Shown: positions 19,946-31,608, counted from the first letter of the stretch. The stretch: DNA of 64,000 nt from an uncultured Rivularia sp. (GCA_963665115.1 OY762007.1:2624001-2688000); one strand, 5' to 3'. Translations and numbers: made by a program. Notes: a model not told the origin generated them from the letters alone.

Positions 19946-22144
19946 ATGGCTAAGAACGTTATTATCATGGTCGGCGACGGTATGGGCTGGGAAATGGCTC
20001 GTGCTGCTGCTATTCAAAAGCAAATTAACGACGGTGCGACTGGTAACACTCTTTCAGATTTCTATACAGAAGGTACTGGTACTGGCTTAAGCTTTCAAGA
20101 ATTAGATGGTTATGCAATTTCGACTACTAGCAATACTTTTATCGATGGTAGTAAAGGAAATTCCGCTCTTCAAGGTACACCTTTCAATCACAATACTGGA
20201 GAATCCGAACCACGTGAAGGTTTTGAATTTGACCCCAGCGCTGCCATTGTAGAAGGCTTCGTTCCCGATGCAGATGGTAACACTAGCTATAATGAAGCTC
20301 CCATTCTTGATGCTGCTGGTAATGCTCTAGGTGGTAACGTACCTATTTGGGACGCAGAATTAGGTGGTGAATTACCTTGGGAAAATGGTACCGATCCTGA
20401 ATATATTAAGAATTTGTACCCTGACTCAGCAGGTACAGCAACTGCTCTCTACACCGGAACTAAAACCTATGTGGGTGCAATTGGTGTTGATATTCACGAA
20501 CACGAACTATCAACGATGGCTGAAAAAGCTATGGCTGATGGAAAATCTGCTGGTGTTGTTAGTTCAGTACCTTTCAACCATGCAACTCCTGCGGCTGCTA
20601 TTGCTCACGTTAATAACCGTAATAAGACTCACGACGAAAGCTTTGAGCAGCGTAGAGGCGATGACGAGGCATTCCGCGATGCAGATGGTAATCTCGTAGA
20701 TGAATTTGGTCATGCAATTGAAGACTACGACAACATCTTGACTCAGATTGTTGAAGAAGTTAAACCTACTTTGGTTTTAGGAGCAGGTCACGCGGATACT
20801 CGTAATGGTGATGAGCGCTACGTTACATACGACCAGCTAGAAGAATTACGTAACAGCCAAGACTACACTTTCTTAGAGCGCGGTGAAAATGCTGCTCAAG
20901 TCTTAGCTGACACTGCTGCTAGCTTAAAGGTAGAAGAAGGCGATCGCCTTTTTGGTATTTACGGTGCGAAAGGTCAAGGTGGTAACTTACCTTGGAGAAC
21001 TGCTGATGGAGACTACAGCAATGCTGGTTTGGGTGGTCGTAATTCTACAGAACGTCCTTTAGAAGAAGGTCAAACTGATACAGATTTCATCGCTCAAGAA
21101 GTTAATTACAACCCAAACCTAAATGACATGACATCCGCAGCATTGGATGTCTTAGGAGATGATGAAGAGGGTTTCTGGTTGATGATTGAAGGTGGCGATA
21201 TTGACTGGGCTGCTCACGACAACAGCCTTGACAATATGATTGGAGCCACAATGGACTTCCAGGACTCCGTACAGACTGTAATGGACTGGATTGCAGAAAA
21301 TGGTGGTTGGCAAGAAAACCAACTGATCGTAACTGCGGATCACGACCACTACTTTACCCTCAACGATAACTTCCCCGAATTGTTACGTGCTGAAGGTGCT
21401 GAAGCTTTGACTACTGCTGAAAGCACTGCTGATGCAGGTCACTACTGGGGTTCGGATGAAGAAGTTAAATACGGTTGGGGAACTCACACCACCCGTCCCG
21501 TTCCCGTTTACTACCAAGGTGCTGGTACCGAAGCATTTGAAGCATTAGCTGGTGAAGGCTACCAGGCTTATGGTAAGGAAGTAGAAGGTGTTGACGGTTT
21601 TGTAGACCAAGTTCACATCGCTCAGGTACAGGATGCTGCATTTGCATTCGATATGCCAGTAAAAGAAGACGCAAGCGGTGCGAATTATCTTGACTTTAGT
21701 GGTTTCCAAGGTGATGTAGAAGTAGACTACACCATCAGTAGAGAAGCTGCATTCGATAACCAAGTTTATTTCTACACCGTTGACGAAAAAGATGGTGATA
21801 TTGATGGTTTTGCACCCAGCGCTAGCGAATATATGCAAGCTGCGTTGAACAACATCATCAGCCCTGAATTTTCTACCACAGACGGTAACGAACAAACCGG
21901 AAGCTTCACAATGGAAGCTGGTTCCGTTGTTGGTACAATGATTATCGCTGACGGTACCTTAAGCGATGCACTCAACGGCAACGCAACCGTTTACTTCTCA
22001 TTCCCTGGTGCTACAGGTAACGATGGTTTCGACCACATTCGCATGAACGGAAACAACATATTCGAGTTTGAAGATCAAGCTGGTGGTGGTGACATGGACT
22101 TCAACGACGTTGTCATAGAGTTGAATGATTTTGCAATTATGTAA
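19946..22144 (+). CDS. phoA: Alkaline phosphatase (PhoA family) with DUF4114-type C-terminal domain
   Basis: VGDGMG, PDSA, HATPA, EGGDIDWAAH, TADHDH and HTTRPVP; tail REAAFDNQVYFY...DHIR...FEDQAGGGDMDFND. Confidence 0.85.
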   Translation: MAKNVIIMVGDGMGWEMARAAAIQKQINDGATGNTLSDFYTEGTGTGLSFQELDGYAISTTSNTFIDGSKGNSALQGTPFNHNTGESEPREGFEFDPSAAIVEGFVPDADGNTSYNEAPILDAAGNALGGNVPIWDAELGGELPWENGTDPEYIKNLYPDSAGTATALYTGTKTYVGAIGVDIHEHELSTMAEKAMADGKSAGVVSSVPFNHATPAAAIAHVNNRNKTHDESFEQRRGDDEAFRDADGNLVDEFGHAIEDYDNILTQIVEEVKPTLVLGAGHADTRNGDERYVTYDQLEELRNSQDYTFLERGENAAQVLADTAASLKVEEGDRLFGIYGAKGQGGNLPWRTADGDYSNAGLGGRNSTERPLEEGQTDTDFIAQEVNYNPNLNDMTSAALDVLGDDEEGFWLMIEGGDIDWAAHDNSLDNMIGATMDFQDSVQTVMDWIAENGGWQENQLIVTADHDHYFTLNDNFPELLRAEGAEALTTAESTADAGHYWGSDEEVKYGWGTHTTRPVPVYYQGAGTEAFEALAGEGYQAYGKEVEGVDGFVDQVHIAQVQDAAFAFDMPVKEDASGANYLDFSGFQGDVEVDYTISREAAFDNQVYFYTVDEKDGDIDGFAPSASEYMQAALNNIISPEFSTTDGNEQTGSFTMEAGSVVGTMIIADGTLSDALNGNATVYFSFPGATGNDGFDHIRMNGNNIFEFEDQAGGGDMDFNDVVIELNDFAIM

Positions 22145-22303
22145 TTGAATTTTAGAGTATTAGTCAATTGAATTAAGTTAGATTCTCATCCACCCGGTTT
22201 CTTTTAGAAGCCGGTTTTTTGATTTTATAGAATGCGAAATAAAATATTATTGCAGGGTGTGTTACGGCAGCTTAGAGCAACCTAGTAAACAGATATGTTA
22301 AAT

Positions 22304-22432
22304 AAGCCGTAACGCACTATTCTTAATTAAGCTGTATAAAACCTCGAACGTAAATGTTGGGAAGGAGACGCATTTCGACATTTTTAATAACCATCAATAT
22401 TATTGCAAGCGTCTAACCCAACCTACAAACTA
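22304..22432 (+). repeat. ~125-bp direct repeat left of the GDSL gene (partner 23909-24028)
   Basis: Shared AAGCCGT.ACGCAC.AT...ATAAAACCT...AAATGTTGGG...AATAACCATCAATATTATTGCAAGCGT.TAACCCAACCTACAAACTA. Confidence 0.8.
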
Positions 22433-22592
22433 TTGTATCGTTTTAGAATGTTAAAAAATATCTTCAAAAAATATTGATACGTATTCTTAATTACTGATTT
22501 ATAGCTTTGATTGAGTTTAATTAAAGACTTTACTCCTACTATTTCCGATCGTTGCTTCTTTAAGTAGAAATACACAAACATCCATCGTTAAT

Positions 22593-23762
22593 ATGATTAA
22601 TCAAAATTATCAGAGCATCACAAACAGTTCTCTTCTCAAAGAAATCACACCTCAAACTGCTTCCAAAAGCTCATTCAGTAGCTTTATAACATTCGGTGAT
22701 AGTCTTGCAGATGTCGGCAACATATATATTACCACCCGCTCAATTAATCCACCATCTCCACCCTACGCGGATGGACGCTTTTCCAACGGTGAATTAGTAC
22801 CAGAAATTATTGCCAAAGAATTAGGTTTATCAGCTTCTACCCCTTCGTTAGCTGGCGGAGATAACTATGCATTCGGAACAGCAGAAACTGGCTCTGGTTT
22901 TTCCGATGAAGGTTTACCCAATGTTGGCGAACAAATTAAAGCATACTTAAGTATAGATACACCTGCCGAAGGTGATATTTTCTTTATCACTGCTGGTTCA
23001 AATAATTTCTTCCCCGATATAGATGAAGAAATAACGCCGGATAATGTAGGTATTCCCACAAGCGTGTTAGAAGGATTAACAGAAAACATTACCACCTTAG
23101 CGGATGCTGGTGCAGAAAACTTTATTATTCCTAATATTGCCCTGTTGGGTTCGGTTCCATATGCAAGAAATGAGGGAATTAGCGATGCTTTAAATAGTGC
23201 ATCAACAGAATTTAATCGCTTACTAGATAGTAAATTAGATAGTCTCGAAAATGAACTGGGAATAAATATTTTTGAATTAGATGTTGCTACTGAAATTGCT
23301 CAGATTCAAGCAAATCCAGAGGCTTTCGGATTAACCAACGTTGAAGAGCCTGCTTTAAATGAAAATAATGAGATTGTCGTACCCAACCCCAATGAATATT
23401 TTTGGTGGGATGATTTTCATGCGACAACTGCTGTTTCAAATTTAGTTGCTCAAGCTGTAATTGACGAGATTCCTAAAAATACAGTTCGTACAAATACTAA
23501 TGCTTTTTCTTTAATTTCATATCAAGAAAATAGTAGCGAATCAGTGTTTAGCTACAGTATTGCAAACGAATCTTTAAACACTATCGACATAGATTCAGTA
23601 AATAAAGCCAACGCCAATTTGGAAAGAGAATTTTCTCAGGCTTTGTTAGCAACCAAATTTGATCGCCTAGAAGAGGTTTATTTATCTTACATTATTGCTC
23701 CCACAGCCAAAAATGACTTCTATCAAATAGAATTCGGGGATAGTATATTCAAAGATGGATAG
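22593..23762 (+). CDS. SGNH/GDSL family lipase/esterase
   Basis: FGDSLADVGN, GRFSNG, NYAFG, AGSNN and FWWDDFH blocks. Confidence 0.9.
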   Translation: MINQNYQSITNSSLLKEITPQTASKSSFSSFITFGDSLADVGNIYITTRSINPPSPPYADGRFSNGELVPEIIAKELGLSASTPSLAGGDNYAFGTAETGSGFSDEGLPNVGEQIKAYLSIDTPAEGDIFFITAGSNNFFPDIDEEITPDNVGIPTSVLEGLTENITTLADAGAENFIIPNIALLGSVPYARNEGISDALNSASTEFNRLLDSKLDSLENELGINIFELDVATEIAQIQANPEAFGLTNVEEPALNENNEIVVPNPNEYFWWDDFHATTAVSNLVAQAVIDEIPKNTVRTNTNAFSLISYQENSSESVFSYSIANESLNTIDIDSVNKANANLEREFSQALLATKFDRLEEVYLSYIIAPTAKNDFYQIEFGDSIFKDG

Positions 23763-23908
23763 CAAGTTGTAACGCACTATCTTTTCAATAAAACCTTCAT
23801 TGAAAATGTTAGGTTACTAGCTGCGGACACCCCTCTCCTTAGTAATAAGAGGGGAAGGGGGTGAGGTTTATCTGTATTCCTCAAACGTGAAAACCGCTAT
23901 ATTAAATA

Positions 23909-24028
23909 AAGCCGTGACGCACCATCTTTTTAATAAAACCTACATCGCAAATGTTGGGTTACGACACATTTTTAAATTTTCAATAACCATCAATATTATT
24001 GCAAGCGTTTAACCCAACCTACAAACTA
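23909..24028 (+). repeat. Direct repeat right of the GDSL gene
   Basis: Matches 22304-22432. A further partial copy lies at ~23769-23817. Confidence 0.8.
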
Positions 24029-24083
24029 CATTAATAATTCATATAACAAAAATTATTATTAAATCCAGTTTTATCAGTATTTA

Positions 24084-24113
24084 TTTAACCTAAATATACC
24101 CTTTCCTTAACCT
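24084..24113 (+). promoter_or_regulatory. Pho box
   Basis: TTTAACCT-aaa-TATACCCT-ttc-CTTAACCT; the last unit equals the consensus. Confidence 0.85.
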
Positions 24114-24203
24114 CTGAATGAAACATTTAAAGTGAATGTTTTTACCGTTTTTGTAAAAATATTCATCCAATTACTTATTTTATTTCAAGGATAAATACTT
24201 CCA

Positions 24204-27200
24204 ATGGCAAATAGTCAAAATAAACAGGATATCCGTTTCGCGACTTTCAATGCTGCGTTAAATCGCAACAGTGCGGGGGAATTAATAATCGATTTATCTA
24301 CTCCCGATAACGAACAAGCTCAATCTGTAGCTGAAATCATTCAGCGGACAAATCCCGATGTTTTGTTACTCAATGAGTTTGATTACGACGAAAATGGGAT
24401 TGCAATTTCTAATTTTAAACAAAACTATTTAGAAGTTAGTCAAAATGGTGTTGATACGGTAGATTATCCATATGTCTACTTGGCACCTTCTAACACCGGG
24501 ATTGCTTCGGGGTTCGATCTAAATAATGATGGTACTGTTGGTACCGAGCAAGGAACTTTCGATTTAGCTAATGATGCTTTTGGTTTTGGCACGTTTCCCG
24601 GACAGTATGGCATGGTACTGTTATCAAAGTATCCCATCGTAGAAGATGAAGTTCGGACTTTCCAGAATTTTCTATGGAAAGATATGCCGAATGGGTTTTT
24701 GAGTAATGATTCTAGTAACGAAAAACTTGAGGATTTTTACTCTTCAGAAGAAATCGATATTTTACGTCTTTCTTCTAAAAGTCATTGGGATGTTCCTGTT
24801 AATGTGAATGGCGAGATAATTCACGTTTTAGCTTCTCATCCCACACCACCAGTTTTTGACGGTGAAGAAGATAGAAACGGTAAGCGCAATCATGATGAAA
24901 TCCGCTTCTGGGCTGACTATGTAACTCCTGGAGAAGGCGATTATATTTACGATGATAATAATAGTAAAGGTGGATTAAATAGTAACGCAAAATTCGTGAT
25001 TATGGGCGATCAAAATGCCGATCCAAATGATGGCGACAGTAAAGATAATGCAATTTTGCAACTATTAGATAATCCCCAAATTAATACTTCTGTAACTCCG
25101 TCGAGTGAAGGTGGAGTAGACGCAACAGATCGTCAAGGTGGAGTTAATGAAAGTCATACTGGAAACCCGGCTTTTGATACTGCTGATTTTAACGATGAGA
25201 CTTCCGGTAATTTGCGGGTAGATTATGTGTTACCTTCTCGGAATTTAAATATAGAGGATGCAGGTGTATTTTGGACTACCAAAGAAGACCCTTTATTTAA
25301 CTTAATTGGAGATTTCCCCTTCCCTAATTCCGACCATCGTTTAGTATATACAGATATAAATATATCACCTGTAAATATGACTAATCAAAATCGCAAAGCT
25401 ATTACAAGTATCTCTTTCTTAGGAGAAACAAGTTTTCAAACAGGTTTAGATTTCAACGGTACGGAAGTTGGTGGACTTTCGGGGATTGCTTATGATGCTA
25501 GCAAAGGGATTTATTATTCGCTTTCCGACGATCGCAGCAACAAAAATCCCGCTCGGTTTTATACTCTTAATATAGATTTAAGCGACGGTAAGTTGAATAA
25601 TGGTGATATCACTTTTAACGGTGTCACGACTTTACAAAATGCAGATGGAAAACCTTTTGCTGAGGGTAGTTTAGATCCTGAAGGAATTGCGTTAACTCAA
25701 GAAGGTAATTTATATATTTCTTCTGAAGGGGATGCGAATAATTTAATTAATCCTTTCGTTAATAAGTTTTCTTTGCAAGGTAAACAGCTTAGCGAATTAC
25801 CAATACCGGAAAAATTTCAACCTACCGAAGATAAAACCAGCGGAATTCGCAATAATGCGGCTTTTGAAAGTTTAACAATTACTCCCAACCAGCGTTATTT
25901 ATATACTGCGACTGAAAATGCTTTGTTTCAAGATGGTGCGGCAGCAGATGTCGAACAAGAAAGTTTATCGCGAATTATAAAATATGACTTGACAACCGGA
26001 CAACCTGTAGGGGAGTTTGTTTACGAAGTTGGTGAAGTGGCTCAAGCTCCGGATTCTGAAACCGATTTTCGCACTAACGGTTTAGTTGAATTATTAGCGA
26101 CTGATAATAACGGCACATTGTTAGCTTTGGAGCGTTCATTTACTGCTGGCAAGGGTAATACAGTTAAGCTTTACGAAGTCCAAACTCAAGGTGCGTTGGA
26201 TGTTAGCAGTCAAAATAATTTAATTAATGAACTTAATGAATCAGAAAACGTACCTTTTGAAATCGATCCAGCGGTAGAAAAGCGGTTATTAATAGACTTT
26301 GCAGATTTGGGAATTACTCCCGATAATTTGGAAGGTTTGGCAAAGGGGGCCACAGTTAGAAGATGGGAATCAAAGTCTGATTGTTGTTAGCGATAATAAT
26401 TTCAGCGATACTCAAACAACTCAATTTCTTGCTCTGGGTTTAGATTTCAAAACGACTCCGGCAGTACTGCCAAAGTTGGAAACTCCTGATGTGGTTAATG
26501 TTAAAGATGCCCAAAATGCAATTCCTGGGGATGCTGACGATCCAGCGATTTGGGTAAATCCCAAAAATCCCGGTGAAAGTATCGTTATCGGAACTTTGAA
26601 AGATGGTGGTTTAGCAACTTTTAATTTGCAAGGGGAAACTCAGCAGATAATTGCACCAGCAGAATTTGGGCAACAGCGTTACAACAACGTCGATATTATC
26701 TACAATTTCCCGATCACATCAATGGTGGTTGATGCGGAATCGAAAGTTGATTTAGCAGTTGTTTCCGATAGAGCCAACGATAGTTTAGCTATTTTTACTA
26801 TTTCAGAAAACGGTGAACTTGAGAAGTTATCTACACCACAATTAGACAATCCAGATTTTTCAATTTTTGGTGAAGACGAGGGTGAAGCAACTGCTTACGG
26901 TTTAGCAACTTATACCAGTCCCGATGATGGTAAAACTTACGTTTTTGTTACCCAAGCAGACGGTAATAAAGTTGCTCAATTAGAATTAACTTCAAGATTA
27001 GGCCCCGCTGACGAACAGTTGATAGAAGCTGAAGTTGTCCGCACTATAGAATTACCAATACCGGAAGATGCAGAAGCAGAAGACGGACAAGCAGAAGGTT
27101 TAGTTGTAGATCAAGAATTGGGTTTTCTTTATGTAGCAATGGAAGACGGTGCGGGTATATTAAAATTCTCCGCAGCACCCGAAGCTGGTAGTGATTTCAC

Positions 27201-29036
27201 GGTAGTCCAAACTTCTCAAGAACCAGCCAATTTACAAAAAACTCCCTTTGCAGACTTTATTACATTCGGCGATAGCCTTGCAGATGTTGGTAACTTATTC
27301 CTTACTACTCAAGCAAATCCATTAACTGATGCATTTCCACCATCTCCACCATACGACGACGGACGCTTTTCCAACGGTGAATTAGTACCCGAAATAATTG
27401 CCAAACAATTGGGTTTCTCTGCTTCTACTCCTTCCCTTCAAGGTGGAGATAACTATGCATTCGGAAGTGCTGAAACTGGTTCTGGGCTTTCCGACGAAGG
27501 TGTACCAAATGTCGGCGAACAAATTAAATTATACCTCGCGACAGATGCGCCAACTGCAACTGATGTTTTCTTCATTACTGCGGGTTCAAATAATTTCTTC
27601 CCCGATATCAACAAAGAAAACACAGCGGAAAATATAGACACACCGCAAAGCGCTTTAGATGGATTAACAGAAAATATTACCACTTTAGCGGAGGCTGGTG
27701 CAGAAAACTTTATCATTCCTAACGCTGCACCTTTAGGTACGCTTCCCTTTGCCAATGCTGCTGGAATTAACGATGCTTTAAATACCGCATCAACTCAATT
27801 TAACACTTTACTCGATACCAAATTAGACGAACTTAAAGATGAACTAGGAATAAATATTATTGAATTAGATGTTGCAGGGGAATTTACGAGAATTCTAGCA
27901 AATCCCAGCGCTTTCGGGTTAACTAACGTTGATGCTCCAGCTTTAAATACAACCACCGGGGCTATTGTACCCAATCCCGACGAATACTTCTGGTGGGGGA
28001 CGAATTCCATCCGACTGCCGCCGCTTACAGTTTAATTGCTCAAGGTTTAGCTGACAAAATACCCGAAATTCAATTTGCAGCTACCAACGTTTCTCCTTTA
28101 GTTCCAGATATTGAAGGTTTATCAATATATTATGGTGCTGAGGGAACTGGTTATTTAATCGCGAATAGTCAAGGTGATTCTTCCTATGCTGTTTTCAGTC
28201 GTGAAGGTACAAACGAATATTTGGGTAGCTTCGTTGTCGGCGATAATAACGGAATCGATCAAGTAAACGAAAGTGATGGTTTAGATATTATTAACGTTGG
28301 TTTAGGAAGCGAATTTCCCAACGGTTTATTAGTAGTACAAGACGGTGCAAATGACCCGCAATTCGTGGTAGAAGATGAAGAAGAATTAGAAAATGCTAGC
28401 ACCAATTTTAAATTTGTTGATTGGGAGCAAGTAGCATCTTCATTTGAAAATCCCCTGCAAATTAATACTACCAGCTATAATCCCCGCGAAACTCCAGAAA
28501 TAACTTCGCAAACCACCAACTTCATCAACACCACCAACAAAGATGCAGATGGAAATGAAATCGAATTAATCGATCTTACAGCATTCGCAAATCAAACCGT
28601 AACAGCCAGCTTTGAAATTAACCGGAAAGCAGATTACAACAGCAACGTTTACTTCTACAAAGTTGATAACACTAACGGTGAAATTGGTAGTTTAGCACCC
28701 AATGCCAGCGGTTATCTGCAAGCAGCATTAAACAACATTGTTAACCCAAGCCAAGCATTAACAACCGCCGACGAGCAAACCACAACAGGAATGCTTGAAA
28801 TTGCAGGTGGGGATATTTTAGGTATTGCAATTGTCGCAGACGGAACTTTAGCACAAGCTCAAAACAATCTTGATAGCGTAGAAGGCGTGTACTTTTCCTA
28901 TATTGGCGCTAACACCGACAGCGGAAATTTTGACCATATCATATTTGAGGACAATATTTTCAAATTTGAAGACTTAGCCAACGGTGGAGATAAAGACTTC
29001 AACGATATGGAAATCAAAATGGAATTTAACAGTTGA
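24204..29036 (+). CDS. Multidomain phosphoesterase: EEP (endonuclease/exonuclease/phosphatase) + phytase-like esterase + beta-propeller phytase interrupted by a GDSL domain + DUF4114-type tail (~1610 aa; frameshifts at G5 runs 26345-26349 and 27995-27999)
   Basis: EEP: ATFNAAL, LLNEFD, MGDQNAD, RVDYV, SDH. Phytase-like: GGLSG, LSDDRS, DPEG, FESL, NLEGL, VSDNNF. Phytase: DADDPAIW, YNNVD, AEGLVVD, DIEGL, ESDG, QDG, NFKFVDW. GDSL: FGDSL...FWWDEFH. Confidence 0.85.
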
Positions 29037-29045
29037 GATTAAAGG

Positions 29046-29100
29046 TTCGTAGTAGCGCTGTCTTCGCATCCGATAAGAGGCTCTGAAACGCTACTACGAA
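29046..29100. repeat. GTAG-type REP-like hairpin / possible terminator
   Basis: 12-bp inverted repeat TTCGTAGTAGCG...CGCTACTACGAA immediately after the stop codon. Confidence 0.6.
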
Positions 29101-29317
29101 AAACATTTCATTAATTAAAATCCGTCTTTAAATTATTATTTATTTATCTAATTAGCCAAAAGTAACAACACCAGCTAGATTATCATCAAACAAAAAACTA
29201 TGATATTTAAAAACTAATAAATACAAATAAAGAAAAAATCTAAAATCAAGTTTATTTACCTAAGTAATTGTAAGACGGGTAAAACCCATCCTACAAATAA
29301 AAAGCCCTCAGAAAAAT

Positions 29318-29424
29318 TACAGCCCTTTGCAGCTAAATGAGGTACAAAGCTATATTCCGAAAGTTTTGTGGGATGGGCATCCCTGCCCGTCAGAATGTAC
29401 TTCACCAAAACTAAATATGCTGTA
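29318..29424. mobile_element. Degenerate MITE with TA ends
   Basis: Imperfect 29-bp TIRs TACAGC-N14-TGAGGTACA / TGTACTTCA-N14-GCTGTA and an internal hairpin GATGGGCATCCCTGCCCGTC. Confidence 0.45.
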
Positions 29425-29665
29425 CCATTATCTATAAGAAAGAAATCCCTTACAGCCTGCAATTAATCTATCCGGATTTTAGCTGAAGAAATCAAATAAG
29501 TATGTTTACCAAAAAACAAAATAATAATTAATCCGTAACTTGTTGTTAATAATTAGTAGTTAATTCTCCTTTTTTAATTATATGAAAACGGAATAATATT
29601 TCTCCGGGTGCCAAAATCTGCTGATGTCTGTTTTGTAAAAATGTGTTCCTTTATAAGCAGTAATA

Positions 29666-31540
29666 ATGGCTAATCCAAGTGCAAAAGAGCAGTATATGCT
29701 CGAATTGATCAACCGGATGCGTACTTCACCGGATGCTGAATATAATTTCTTAGTTAATTCTCCTAACGAAGATATTCAAAGCGCTCTCTCGTATTTCAAA
29801 GTTGATTTAAAAGAGTTGCGATCGCAGTGGGATAAGCTTCAACCCGCACAGCCGGTAGCTTGGTCTAATCAATTACATAACTCGGCTATTGCTCACACTC
29901 AATTAATGATTGATAATGACGAGCAATCGCACAATTTTCCTAACGAATTAAGTTTAGGCGATCGCATTCGCAATACTGGTTATCAATTTACGACGATAGC
30001 GGAAAATATCTATGCTTACGGAAGTTCGGTTTTTGAAAGTCATGCGGCTTTTGCTATCGATTGGGGAGATGATGCGAATGGAATCCAAAATCCCCCTGGA
30101 CACCGTAACGCTATCATGTCTGACAAATATCGGGAAGTTGGAATAGGCATTTTACCGGAAAATAATCTTGGTACTCAAGTCGGTTCGTTACTCACTACAC
30201 AACATTTTGCCAGCAGCCAGGAATTAGCAACAACCGATACATCCTGGTTGCTGGGTACAGTGTTTCGCGATGTTGATAACGATGACTTCTACAGCATCGG
30301 TGAAGGCTTAAGTGATATTACTGTTAAAATTAGCAGTATTGGCGACCCTAATTTCAGTACCTCAATTCAAACTCAAAATGCTGGTGGATACCAAACTTTA
30401 TTATCTCCCGGAGAATATCAAGTAGAGTTCATCCGAGCAAATAACACCGTTAAAACCGAGCAAGTCACTATTGATGACGAAAACTTCAAGCTCGACTTGA
30501 TGATAGATGGCGAAACCTATCAACTAGATAACGGAAGAGACGGACATTATAACTCCGGTAGCGGCGATGCAATAGTGTTTAATGCTTACACCGTTGATTC
30601 ACAATTAAAAACTATCGATTTTATATCTGTCGGTTTATCTAACTTAGGTAATCCATCAGCCGTTTTCCTCTATCAAGATAAAGATAACGACAAACAACCA
30701 GACAGTAACGAAAAAATATTAGAGGTTAAGACTAAACTTATAGAGAAACAGGGTTTTGCCAATATCCCTATTACACCAACAACTGTAGAAAATACCTTTT
30801 TTGTCGGTGCTTTATACGAAAATCAAGACAATAAGCCAACATGGATTCCTGTAGATAACGATTCTTCATCCAACCAATCTTGGATAGCTGCGACTGAGAC
30901 TGGTAATTTAGATCTAAATAGTTTCTCTACTTCCTTATTACAAGATAAAAATTGGCTCTTACGTGCTAGCTCATCAGACAGCGCAACATCGAAAGAAGTT
31001 ATTACACCAGACATCTCTACAAACAGCGATCGATCGAAACCTATCGGCACAAATTTACAAAAAAGCAACAGTATCGAGCTAATTGATTTAACTAACCAAA
31101 CAGGTACGGTAAATGCATCCGTCGAAGTAACACGCGATGCAGACTACGATAACCTTATCGGTTTTTATGCAGTTAATGATGCTAACGGTGGGATTAAAGT
31201 TAACGACGAAATAATCAACCCCAGTGATTCCAGATACAAACAAGCAGCTTTAGAAAACCGCATAACTAGTCTTGATTTGCTGCAAACCGATAACCGAGCA
31301 GAATTCAACGGAACATTTGAAGGCGGTAGTATATTTGCTCCCTTCATCATTGCCGATGGTAGCTTCAATGACGCTCTCAACAGCAAAGCAGAAGTATATT
31401 TTGCATACCAAGGAGCAAACACTGATAACTTCGATCATATTCGCTTAATTGGTGACAACGCTTTTGGTTTTGAAGACTTAGCCAACGGTGGCGACAAAGA
31501 CTATAACGATTTGATTATCAAAATGGATTTTACAATCTAA
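29666..31540 (+). CDS. CAP/SCP-domain secreted protein with Ig-like (SdrD-B-like) segment and DUF4114-type tail
   Basis: EQYMLELINRMR, AENI, PGHRNAIM, EVGIG and TQHFA; GTVFRDVDNDDFYSIGEGL; FGFEDLANGGDKDYND. Confidence 0.8.
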   Translation: MANPSAKEQYMLELINRMRTSPDAEYNFLVNSPNEDIQSALSYFKVDLKELRSQWDKLQPAQPVAWSNQLHNSAIAHTQLMIDNDEQSHNFPNELSLGDRIRNTGYQFTTIAENIYAYGSSVFESHAAFAIDWGDDANGIQNPPGHRNAIMSDKYREVGIGILPENNLGTQVGSLLTTQHFASSQELATTDTSWLLGTVFRDVDNDDFYSIGEGLSDITVKISSIGDPNFSTSIQTQNAGGYQTLLSPGEYQVEFIRANNTVKTEQVTIDDENFKLDLMIDGETYQLDNGRDGHYNSGSGDAIVFNAYTVDSQLKTIDFISVGLSNLGNPSAVFLYQDKDNDKQPDSNEKILEVKTKLIEKQGFANIPITPTTVENTFFVGALYENQDNKPTWIPVDNDSSSNQSWIAATETGNLDLNSFSTSLLQDKNWLLRASSSDSATSKEVITPDISTNSDRSKPIGTNLQKSNSIELIDLTNQTGTVNASVEVTRDADYDNLIGFYAVNDANGGIKVNDEIINPSDSRYKQAALENRITSLDLLQTDNRAEFNGTFEGGSIFAPFIIADGSFNDALNSKAEVYFAYQGANTDNFDHIRLIGDNAFGFEDLANGGDKDYNDLIIKMDFTI

Positions 31541-31578
31541 AAAATCCTAAATCATTCGTACAAATTTTAATTATTAAG

Positions 31579-31608
31579 AAACCCGATTTTTTCGTAAAAT
31601 CGGGTTTT
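31579..31608 (+). terminator. Intrinsic terminator-like hairpin
   Basis: AAACCCGATTTT-ttcgt-AAAATCGGGTTT followed by T/A-rich sequence. Confidence 0.6.

Noticed and set aside
29471..29476. TCCGGA as a heterocyst DIF1 promoter motif
   Set aside because: It is a single hexamer without a matching downstream element.
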